A DNA stretch of 64,000 nt from Phaeosaccion multiseriatum. Taxonomy: Eukaryota > Protista > Ochrophyta, other classes. Shown piece after piece: positions 50,275 through 61,306 of this stretch (position 1 is its first letter; every line of letters starts with the position of its first letter). The stretch covers positions 3,162,001 through 3,226,000 of the forward strand of contig OZ218957.1 in NCBI GenBank assembly GCA_965112735.1, read 5' to 3'. Under the pieces are notes generated by a model. It saw only the letters and a program-made list of their open reading frames with translations. It was not told the DNA's origin and did no database searches. Position numbers and translations under genes: made by a program.

Positions 50275-51166
50275 CTTGGTTGGTTGCTCTCTGCTTCCGC
50301 TTCTCTCCAACCAGCAACTTCCGTCCTTCCATAAGCATATGTACGCACTAGATGGACCACGCGTAGGCCCAACGTCGCTACCCCTTCCTCCCTCCCTTTT
50401 GTGGAAATACTATATACCTCCCACCTCCAACCGCCCCTATTCCTTTTGTTGTGGGTGGTGGTGGTGGTGATGCTGTTCAGCGTCGCAGACAGTCTACCCT
50501 TATTTAGTCGGCGGGAAAATACGAGAAGACAGTTTCACGTGCTGCTTTTTCGGCCCTTGACATGGCTGGTTCTGGCCGGCGCGTTCCTGGTTCTGGCCGG
50601 CGCCAACCGGCCAGGTTTCTGTTTCTGGTCGGCGCGTTCCTGGTTCTGGTCGGCGCCAACCGGCCAGGCAGGTTCCAGGCTCGGGGGGAAAGCCATGTAA
50701 TAAGGCAATGATGACCAAGGTTGGTTCGCCGGCCAGGTTCTGGGTGTCTCAGAAGCATGTCAGGGGCCGAGCTTTTGGGTGCTGCAAGGGCTGCTTTTGC
50801 TCTAAACAGTCCCAGAATCTCTTTGAGACCATAAAACCCCTGGCCGACTTGTTGCCTGCTGGGTGTCAAGTCAAGCGAAAGAAAATAATGGCCTCCTTGG
50901 GGTGAAGTCATGTCCTTCCTGGGTGGGGAAAACCTCTTTTATTTTGTCAGGTACTTGTTATTGCATTAATTTCTAGATTGCAACATGATTTGAGTTTAAA
51001 ATATACAGCTCTTCTCTCCTCCTCCTCTGCTCCTATCCCCCCTCCCTCTTGGTCATTTCTAACCCTAATGTACAGTACTCTGTTGTCTTTTGGTGTCTCG
51101 CTCCCTTTCACACTATATATACACCATCACAGTACCATTCCATGTCGGTATGCTGCGATGTCGCCG

Positions 51167-52253
51167 TTACTTGGTGGTGGTTCCGCATTTACACGTCGCG
51201 CCGCACGTGCAGGCATCCGCGCAGCAGGTGCAGTCGGTCCAGGGGCATTCACCGGAAACCGCCGCTTCCTCGGTCTTTGCAGTCGTTCCGCCGCGGGAGC
51301 AGTCCGCTTTGAAGTAGGAGAGAAGGGGGGTTGCCCAACAGAAGAAACAGGAGGAGGGAGGGAGATGTCAGAATACGATTGAGCGGTGATCCCTCACGGG
51401 CAGGCACTGCAATGCACTCTTTCGCTTCTCGTCCTTGGCACTGACTTACATGGGCCGCATGCACACGTGTCTCCGCAAGCGCAATCGCTCCGGGAGCAGG
51501 ACTCGGTCTGACAGACAGGAGACAAAAAAAAGAGAGCGAATACGAAGGGTAAGCAAGGGGCGCGTAGGCATTTGGTGCCATCAGGCGTTCCGACAGAGGC
51601 AGAGACTCCCCTCCCTTCAGCCCTCTCCAACAATAGCCCCACACCATCTCTCTCTGTCGCAGCCTTACCTTGACCGCATCGGTGGTCTCCTTGGAGGGGG
51701 CGGTGGCGGTGCAGGGGGTGAGGGTGCAACAGCTGGCCGTGGTACAGGAGCAACCCGATCCGCAGGCGCAGGTCCCTGCTCGTTCAAGCAGAAAGGGGGA
51801 GGTATCAGAGACAGCAGGTGGGATAGGGTAGAGAGAGGAAGAGTGATGATGTTGAAGTAAGTATTTGTAAAGATCATGTTTTTTCTAGGAGAGGGGCCGC
51901 GGAGGGGGGGGAGGTGGCTCCTACAGTGGTCCATGCCTCTCTTCCGACGAATATAGAGTGGGCAGCAGCAGGAGCAGACAGAGGTAGGAGCAGGAGGGGT
52001 ATTTTTCTGAAGGATGGCTTGGCACATGCCACATCCTCGGTTTCCCGAGCCCTCTCTTCCGAGAAGAAGGAGAGTCGTGGGGTGTGGAGGAGGTGTCTCT
52101 CGCAGTCAAGTATGTCTCTCTCTCTCGGAAAAAGGAGGCGGCGCTGGGCGCAGTGGAGAACGCAAAACCGACAGAACAAGTCTCAACATTCTGCAAGCGA
52201 AGAGGACAAGCTCTCGCTCACATACCTCCTGTGCAGCACGAAGTAGTGGCCAT
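51167..52253 (-). CDS. Metallothionein copy B, 110 aa, 23 Cys; exons 52226-52253, 51669-51775, 51450-51507, 51167-51306
   Basis: Spliced product MATTSCCTGGTCACGSGCSCTTASCCTLTPCTATAPSKETTDAVKTESCSRSDCACGDTCACGPSDCSRGGTTAKTEEAAVSGECPWTDCTCCADACTCGATCKCGTTTK*. Exon sizes (28/107/58) and phases match copy A. Confidence 0.88.
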
Positions 52254-52940
52254 TTTTTGTTGTTGTTGTTGTTGCTGTTGTTGTTGTTGTTTCTCGCCTT
52301 TTTGCGTTTTGTGATGTTGTTATTCTCTCTTTCTTCCCCTTGTGTTCTAGACTTTCACGATTCACAACCTTCGAGAACATCAGGTAGGCATACGAGCTAC
52401 ACGAGCAAAAGCATATGGAACACCACCCCCCCTCCTCCCCTTCCTTCTTGGCTACAAGGTAGGATACCTCCCATCTCCTTTTGTTGTGGGTAGTGATGTG
52501 CAGGTAGGTGTGTGTATGTGTGTGTGTGTGATAGTGTGTGTGATGGCGATCGCGCTGGCGGGAAAACATGGGAATGCAGCCAGTTTCAGCTTGCCCTCTG
52601 AAAAGAGGGTTGGCGGCCTCTCTCTCTCTTTTTTATTTTTTTCTCCGTGCTGCTTGGCTGCTGCAAGGGCTGCTTTTGCTCATGACGATTGCACGAGCAA
52701 GCCCCGACAGCGTGTGTGTGTGTCCTCTCCCTCTCTAATTCTTTTCCTCTCGTACCTCTGGCCGACTTGTTGCCTGCTGGGTGTCAAGTCAAGCGTTGTG
52801 CCATGTATTGCCTCCTTGGGGTGAAATCATGTCCTTCCTGGGTGGGGGCAGCTCTCTTTTCTCTTCTCTTTTACGGTCTCCATCTATTATAAAAGAGATG
52901 AAAAGTGGGTGACTTGAAGCCTTCCCAGCCAGTTCCTTTT

Positions 52941-54570
52941 CAGGGCCGTTCTTATCGTACAAAAAAAGACCAAAAAAAAAAAAAAAAAGTGCGAAATAGC
53001 CTAGACCCACGGGATGGGCGTGCGAAATGGCTCCAGACGAAAACTGCCCAGTGGAGCCCAAAAAGTGCGAAGTGCGAAATGGCGAAGGGGGGAAAGTGAC
53101 AAATTTGAAAAGGGGGAGGGAAAAGATGAGAAATAAAGAGCAAGATGCCCGCCAAGACGTGTAGAAGCGGAACTGATAGGCAAACAGGAAGCAGTCGCCT
53201 CACGGGAAGTAATGGGCCGACACAGACGGTGGTGGAAGGGGGGGAACCCCCGCGGCGCGTGCTGCTGCGGCAAATCCGAAGCCGGGTAAGGACGGCCCTA
53301 TAGGCGCAGCCCCGGCGCCTATACCACCAGGAGCTACGGCAGCACCACCAGGAGCTACGGCAGCACCACCAGGAGCTACGGCACCACCACCAGGAGCTAC
53401 GGCACCACCACCAGGAGCTACGGCACCACCAGGAGCTACGGCACCACCACCAGCAGCTATACGGCACCACCACCAGGAGCTACGGCACCACCACGGGCAG
53501 CACCGGCGGTGGTGCTAGCTGCAGCGACAGGGGCTTCGACGGATCCCGACCTGCGTGTGGACGGGTATTGGCTTTTTCTTAGCGGGCGGCGCCTCTGCCA
53601 GATGGCGGACCTCCCGTGTGTTCAGGGCGATTCCTTGATTTCCAGCAGGGAAACCCGCCCTACATGAACTCCTGCGACTTTGAGGGTTGCACGGGGCGTG
53701 TCCACGTAGAGTGCGCGATGAAGCTCAAAAGGTCGCGGGAGAAGAGAGTAGAGCACTCTTCGAAATTGATTTGGAAGCTTTTTTTGCGGGGAGGAGTGCG
53801 CCAAGAGAGTGCCTTTGAACAGGACAGGAGTGCGCCAAGAGTGCCTTTTCACTTTGCTTCAGCCACCCGATGGCCACCAACCCCGCCGCCAGCGCTCTCG
53901 TCGTCTGTCGTCTGGAGCATGATCCTTACAGGCGCATCTTCGTCACTTGAGGGGGACGAGCAGGCATCAGACGAAGCAGCATCACCATGTCCTGCATTGC
54001 CCCCCACCGCGGCGCCTTCCCCCAACGCACTGATGTCCACACCTCCCGCACTATGGAAGCCAACCCCTCCTTGTGCAAGGGGTGACCATTCACCGCCCGT
54101 CACAGCCATCCCTCCTCCATGGGCGCGTCACAGCCTCCTGCCTCGCGTAGCGATATATCGCTGAATGGTTTATAGCGAGCTAATGACTCCTTATATATCG
54201 CTACAAAAACATGCACAGAAGAGGAAGGATTATTATCGCTATCCCGCTGAGTGGTTTATAGCGAGCTAATGACTCCTTATATATCGCTACACTCAATGCA
54301 AATGGCCTGCTCGTTTGAAATGGTCTGCCCGCCAAAATATAATAGTAAAATGGATATATTTCGCCCTTTTCCCCCCCGCACAGCCCGCAGCACGATAGGA
54401 AAGGGACGGCGTAAAAAAAAGGGCGAAATGGCATAATTAGCAGTTTTCCCCTTTTTTTTTGGGGCTTTTTTTTTTGCGCCGATAGGAACGGGCCGGGGCC
54501 AAAAAGTGTTAAATGGCATTTCGCACTTTTTTTTTTCGTCGTTTTTTGCCACACGATAAGAACGGCCCTC
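52941..54570. mobile_element. Putative non-autonomous DNA transposon with terminal inverted repeats
   Basis: Left cagggccgttcttatcgt...aaaagtgcgaaat and right atttcgcactttt...acgataagaacggccctc. Degenerate subterminal copies and internal tandem repeats are present. No transposase or clear TSD seen. Confidence 0.55.
53323..53495. repeat. 18-21-bp tandem repeat CACCACCAGGAGCTACGG(CAC/CAG), ~8 copies
   Basis: Directly visible. Confidence 0.9.
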
Positions 54571-54593
54571 AGAGGAATAAAAAAAAAAAGCCT

Positions 54594-55192
54594 TTTATTT
54601 TTAACACTCGATTTGCGTAAAAATCGCCCAAATCGCCCGATTTCTGGCCCAAAACGGTTTTAGCGCATTTGCAGGAAAATGACGCTGGGAGGAGCGCTAT
54701 AGCTCTTCGTGTAGCTCTTTGAGATCCCCACCGATCCATGGTCTTTCGGCTTTCATCGCCTCTTCCCTTCCGTAGTTGTCAGCATTTCCGCAGCAGCACC
54801 CCCTTCCCGGGGGGGGGGAGAAGGGGGATATGCACGCCACGGAAATCGCTCATGGGCAGCTTGCCCGCCCTTCTGCAAGAGAACAGACGCAGCGCTACGG
54901 CGGCTAGCCACAGTGGAGCAGCAGCAGGACCCTTGGCAAGCCTGGTGCGATTTCCGTGGCGTGCACATCCCCCGTCCCCCCCCCGCCGGGAAGGGGGTGC
55001 TGCTGCGGAAATGCTGATAACTACGGAAGGGAAGAGGCGATGAAAGCCGAAAGACCATGGATCGGTGGGGATCTCAAAGAGCTACACGAAGAGCTATAGC
55101 GCTCCTCCCAGCGTCATTTTCCTGCAAATGCGCTAAAACCGTTTTGGTCGAAATTTGGGCGATTTTTACGCAAATCGAGTGTTAAAAATAAA
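54594..55192. repeat. Long inverted repeat (foldback/MITE-like): ~255-bp arms 54594-54849 and 54947-55192, ~97-bp spacer
   Basis: The arms are near-perfect reverse complements; they produce the mirror ORFs 54738+ and 55058-. Confidence 0.93.
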
Positions 55193-55725
55193 CTTCCCAG
55201 TCCCCACGCGAGCACAGACCCTCTCACATACCCACACACGCCACACACGGTGTACAAACACGCACTCACCTGAAACAGCTCGGTGCCCTCCGACCCGCTG
55301 GTCTGGTCTCTCGCTCTGATTGGGCCTCTGCTACCATCTTGTCGAGCTCTGTGTCAAGAGCCGCCCTCTCCTGTAGACTCATTCACCAACTCCGAGCTCA
55401 CCTGCGTGTGCGTGTGTGCGTGAGAGAGACAGTGTGTGTGTGCGAAAAGGAGCGTGTGTGTGAGAGAGATAGAGGGTGTGTGTGTGCGTGAGAGAGAGAG
55501 AGAGAGGAGAGAAAGTGTGTGTTCGTGTGTAACAGGAGGTCTGGTGTGCTTTTTATCCCTTTGTCTGCCTCATGTGTCCACTGCCTGCGGTCTGCCGTCT
55601 CAGATATATACGCTTTGCTTGGATTGTGTGTTTTCATGGTGGCACAGTCGAGTCGGCCACAGTCGAACCCCCAGCACTTGGGATAAATCAATCATCACTG
55701 ACGATATGGACACACACACACACAC

Positions 55726-55769
<44 letters not shown>

Positions 55770-56268
55770 CACCACAACAAACAAACATGGACACAGCCAC
55801 ACGGAGTTTTGTATTCGCAATGGGCCAGTCCAGCTCACCCATATGGATGCTTTATTCGCTCGCGTCAGGCCAATGCAGGGCAGGGCAGGTAGATATAAAA
55901 ACAAAAGGAGCACACCCTTCTCCTGTCAAGCACCATTCACTCACGCTCCCTCACCCACCATACCCCCCCTCACTCACCATCCACTCACGCGTCCACCTCA
56001 CCTCACGCGCCCAATCACCGAGTGCCTGCTCACTAGTGGCTGCACTTCCTCTTTCGTCTTCTCCCTCTGGCACAGCAGAGACAGCAGGGCGACTCCATCG
56101 GCCAGTCAGAGCCGAGCTCTCCAGGTTGGAGCAGAAGGGTCTTTCCTCCAAGGCGTTGCGTCATCAAGTCCTGCACCAGAGCTACCCTCGAGCCCCCGCC
56201 CTTAATCTCTGCCGCATCACGGACCAGCTTCTCTTCCTCCCCTTCCCCAGCACCATCACCACCCCCAC

Positions 56269-56302
<34 letters not shown>

Positions 56303-56749
56303 TGGTGATCGGCAGCTGCTTGCAGGGCCGCTTGCACTCAGTGTGCTCAGCGCCTGGTGAGTGGGTGAGTGGTGGGGGCGGCCTTTATGCTACCGCCCGC
56401 TACCCTTGGGGAGTTATCTCGATCCGTGCCAACAGCGTGGAGAGGAGCATTATTCGGCAAAGTCCTTCCCAAAAAAAGAGAGCTCACGATGAGCACCCCG
56501 CCCCTCACGCAAGGTTCATCATCGTTGTCTCCCCCCTGAGTTGACAAGTCGATGCCCACCACATTAGAGGCCTCCACGGCGATGTTTTTGTCTTCGGGGG
56601 CAGGTGATGCAGCTCCACCTGAAGGAGAGGGGGAGAGGGGGGGGGGGAGATGGGGGGTGAGAGGGAAGGAGCAGAGGGGGGAGATGATCCCAGCGCGGAA
56701 ATCCACCTGCTCCCGCCATACGTGAAACACACAAGCACCCCCGCAAAAC

Positions 56750-59296
56750 ATGGCCTCTACAAAGGACGAGCTTCAAGAGAAGCTGATTCAGTACAATGGG
56801 CAGCTCCAGCAGGTCAGTATGTGTCATGAGGGGCCTGTAGAGCAGCGGAAGCGGCAGGGTAAAGGACCCTTCAAAGAATCAGTTCTCGATTACCCCCTCC
56901 CCCCTTCCCGCAGCTTCCTTCCCATACTGTTTGCTCGCTCCTCTTTCTGCGTTACCCTCTCTCCATTCTGTCTGCTCGTATCTTTCCTCCTCCAGGTGTC
57001 ACCTTCCCTCCTCGATGCGGCTTTATGGTTTTATCGTTGCTTGAAAACACTCCTCCCAGCCCTTGCTCCCCCCCCCCCCCCGCCCTTTGCTCCCTGGTAT
57101 CGCCCTCTTGTGAACGTGCATCGTCTCTCATCCCTCCTTCCCAAACCATTCCTCATTCTTATGATTTCCTCCACCCTCGCTTCTTGCGCTGAAGGCGCTA
57201 TACTCTATTATCAGAGAGCGGACGAAGCATATCAACCTTTGGCACTGACTTAACCCTCGGCTCTAACTCAACACTCCATGCAATGCTATGCTTTCTTGCG
57301 GTCGAACACACACGCCCCACCCAAAACACACATCAGGTGGACGCATTGCTAGAGGCGGACCCGCTGAACGATGAGTTCCTGCAACTCAAAGCGGATCTGC
57401 TGCAGGTAATTGCGCTAACTGTTGAGCTGGCCAACGCAGCAGCTGTAGAGCCGGTAGCAGGAGCAGCAGCAGCAGCAGAAGGAGAAGGAACAGAGCCCGC
57501 TGCTTCTGCTTCCGCCGCTCATAGTAGTGATTCCTCTCATGTTTCAGCTACAGCTACCTCACATCCACCACCACCACCACCACCTCCGCCGCCGATGCAA
57601 TCGCAATCATCGGGACCACCAGTGGACCACTTGCATTCACAGCAGCAGCAACAGCAACAGCAGCAGGAAGAGGAGGCCGCACTAGCGGCAGTTGTGGACG
57701 GCTCTCCCTTCGGTGTGGGATCTGTAGTGCTTCGCCTGAATGACGCGGAGGTTTGGCAGCCCTCTTGGATCAAGGCCTCTTCGGACGATGGCCTCACCTT
57801 CAGTGTGGCCCCCATTGGTGACGGTAAGTCAATGAGTCCGTTGTTTTCATCTCTCTCTCTCCATCCATCCACCCCCCTCTCCTCTCTCTCCTACCTCTCC
57901 ACCCCTTACCCACTTCCCCCCTTCGCCTCCTCCTCCTCCCGCCCCTTATCCGTACCCGTGCCCATACACCTCATGCCCATATACCCGTGCCCAGACTCCG
58001 CCGCCACTCTGGCCAACATCACCAGCCTGAAGCGCGTGTCCCCGCAGCCCCCAAGCCTCGCTGTGCACGCCTCCGCGGTGGCCGTCGGAACCAAGTGTCA
58101 GGCCCTCTACTCGGCCGACCATAAGTACTACGAGTGCACTGTGGGGAAGGTGCTCAACAAGGGGTACGAGGTGCGTCAGGGTGTGGGGTGTTCTCTATCT
58201 CCCTCTCTCCTTCTCTGTCCACCTCTTTTCTCTCGCTCTGTCTCTCTATTTCTCCTGATGCCTCTAGTGTGTGTGGTCCGCAGTGCCACTCTCTCTCTCT
58301 CTCTCTTCTCTCTCTAGTGTTGTCTCTCTAGTGTTGTGTATAGACTGTCTCTCTCTCTTCTCTCTCTAGTGTTGTCTCTCTAGTGTTCTTCTCTCTCTCT
58401 TCTCTCTCAATGTCTCCATCTCTCTGTCTCTGACCCTCTCGTCCCCTTACTTGCTCTCTCGTCTCGCCGTTGGGCTCGGCCGCGCTCGTCCTGCCAACCC
58501 CTCCGCTTCCTTCTTCCTTCTACTCTCTCACTATTCTTTTCTCTCCACGTTTCTCCCCCACTTTGTCTGTGATTATATCCACATCCACCATGTCTTCTTC
58601 TGTCCCGCGCTCCCCCCCGCCCACGCCTCTCTCTCTCTCTCTCTCTCTCTCTCCTGTCTCTCCTTGTCGGTGGCGTGTGTGGGTGTGTGGGTCGGGATTA
58701 AACAGGTGACATTCGACGGCTACGGAAACGTGGAGGTGGTTCCGTTAGAGTGGCTGCGAAGGGCAGGAACTACCGCAGCCGACGTAACTGCCGCGGCCGC
58801 CGGGGCAGGAGGCGCTAGTGCCGCGAGTGGCGCTGCTGGTGGAGGCTCCGGCGGCGGTGGGCCATCGGCATCAGGTGGAGGCAGGCTCGTTGATGACGAT
58901 TCGACGGTTACGGTGGCGGGCGGAAAGAAGGTGAACGTGAGCCTGCCCGCCTCGGCACTAGACGCAGAGGGCAACTTCAAGATTCCGGACAATTTACGCA
59001 TCAATCCCGGAGACACGGAGAAGGAGCAGGAGCGGAAGCGTAAGAAGGTGAAGCAGCTCAAGGGCCGATTCAAGCTCAAACAGACCGACCAGGACATCAA
59101 GAAGTCCGCCTCGGACTGGCAGTCTTTCAGCAAGGCCAAGGGGAGCGGTAAGCGGGTCAGGGGCAGCATGAAGGGTTTGAGGAAGGAGAGCATCTTCAAG
59201 ACGCCGGAGTCTCTGGATGGCAAGGTGGGGGTGGTGGGGAGCGGCCAGGGCATGACGGAGTTTGCCACCCGACACAAGTTCCAAAAGACCAAGTAA
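56750..59296 (+). CDS. SMNDC1: Survival-of-motor-neuron-related splicing factor 30; exons 56750-56812, 57337-57823, 57995-58170, 58706-59296
   Basis: N-terminal YNGQLQQVDALLEADP.NDEFLQLKADL; Tudor domain VGTKCQALYSADHKYYECTV...VTFDGYGNVEVV; C-terminal WQSF...KESIFKTPESLDGKVGVVGSGQGMTEF. Confidence 0.93.
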
Positions 59297-59612
59297 ATAC
59301 AATATAGACGTGGAATTTCCTTCCCTTGTTCGGCAAAGACGCTCGGTCAGCCTTGCATGTCAAAGGGGTTTGGCAACACCTCTGCTTTCTGCTTTCTGCT
59401 TTCTGCTCTCCCCAAGGACGGGGTCGAAGTCAAAACTCGGTACTACATACATATGTATGTATATATATATATTGTATATGTGAGTTGTACTTGAGGAGTT
59501 GTAAGAATGCTGTCTCATAACCCCCCTTGCGCCCTGCTGTGGTCTGCCGTGGACTGTGGACTGACCAGACTGCCATCCCCAGGCTGCCGTGTGCTGCCAT
59601 CCACACCCCCTT

Positions 59613-61260
59613 CTACGCCCCCTCGTCGGCCCTCCCGCCCTTCTTGCAAACGTAAATATAATGCACGGCATTGGCGTCCTTGGTGTCAGGCACGGCGGCG
59701 GCGTTGATAGTGGGCTTGGGGATGGTGTGAACCGTCACTGCCCAAGCGTAGTCGTCGTTCTCCAGGTACTGTGGTAGATGGCATGGTAGCGGATTGAGGG
59801 GGAGTGGAGGAGGAGGAGGAGGAGGAGGGGGAGGGGGGGGAGGAGGAGGGGGAGGGGAAGGGGGAGGAGGGGGAGGGGGAGGAGGAGGAGGGAGGAGGAC
59901 GAGGAGGAGGAGGAGGAGGAGGAGGAGGAGGAGGAGGAGGGGGAGGAGGAGGAGGAGGAGGAGGAGGAGGGTTGGCTGGTTAGGCTTGAGGAGCAAACAA
60001 AACGGCTTCCAACGCGTGTATAAACTAACAGACTTTAATGGACAAGCTTTCACAAGCGCTAGATAGATGGATGGATATGAAGACATGGCTATGAAGAAGG
60101 ATGGAAATAAAGATATGATGGATATAAGAGAAATAAAGACGGATGAAGGCAAAGAAAGACAAGTAGCCATGCACACGTCGAGCACAACCTTGTAGAGAGA
60201 GAGAAAGCGCGGCGAGGGTCGGTTGTCGCCACTCCCCCCTGCATCGTATCACTCCCTTGACTACACACATGACTAAAACATGGCTACAACATGACTACAC
60301 ACATGACTACACACATGACTACACACATGACTACACACATGACTACACACATGACTACACACATGACTAAAACATGGCTACAACATGACTACACACATGA
60401 CTACACACATGACTACAACATGGCTACTTGCACTTGCCTGCAGTCTGTTCTCTGGCAAGCCGTAGCTGAGGATGAAGTAGATGCCGTTCGGCTGCAGCAC
60501 TCGTGACACCTCTATGCACATCTTGGCCACGTTGGACTATAGTGAAGAGAGAGAGGGAGAGACAGAGAGAGAGAAAGAGGAGGAGAGAGAGAGCGAAGGG
60601 GAGAAAGAGAGAGAGAGAGGGAGGGAGAGAGAGATGGAGATAGAGAGAAAGAGGATGAGAGAAAGCGAGGGAGAGAGAGAGAGAGAGAGAGGGAGGGAGA
60701 GAGAGATGGAGATAGAGAGAAAGAGGAGGAGACAAAGCGAGGGGGAGAGAGAGAGAGGGAGGGAGAGAAAAAGGAAGAGAGAAGAGAGAGAGGGAGAGAG
60801 AAGAGACGGATGGATGAGACACGACATGCCATGCAAGACGGAAATATGCCAAGAATACAAGGGAGAGAGAGACCAAGATGGGGAGAGAACACAAGTCAGT
60901 ACGAGAGACGGAGAATGGAGACAGGCGGAACAAAAATTTTGAATGCAAGCCTAACCCCATCCGAAGCATGCGACGAAGAAGCACTCGTAGAGTAGAGTAG
61001 AAGCTTCCTTCCCTCCCTCCCCCTCCCTTCCTCCCTCCATCCATCCCTCTCCCTCTCACTCCCTCCCTCCTTCCCCCCCCTCCCTGCCTCCAACTCACAG
61101 TGGAGCCCTCTCCACACAGCACGGAGTCCATGCAAGCTTTGTCCACCACAGCGTCGAAGCTCTCGTCGGGATACTCAAGTGCACACGCGTTCATCTGCTG
61201 CCACACAAGCGCAGGCTTGTCCCTGTCATTGTGAGGGGCAAGGAGGAGCGCAGACAGCAG

Positions 61261-61306
<46 letters not shown>

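Larger units (their letters stand above)
48911..52860. repeat. Diverged tandem segmental duplication (~48911-50930 and ~51016-52860), each unit carrying one metallothionein gene
   Basis: Colinear similarity from the 3' flank (ctcttggtcatttct) through exons and introns to the upstream blocks. Confidence 0.9.

Noticed and set aside
49018-51860. Listed ORFs over the duplicated region (e.g. 49018-49458, 51249-51647)
   Set aside because: Wrong frames or intron read-through; the spliced Cys-rich frame explains the conservation.
54738-55058. Mirror-image 101-aa ORFs on both strands
   Set aside because: A consequence of the inverted repeat.
55271-56620. Possible minus-strand exons with plausible splice sites
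   Set aside because: Could not be chained into a coherent ORF or a recognisable protein.
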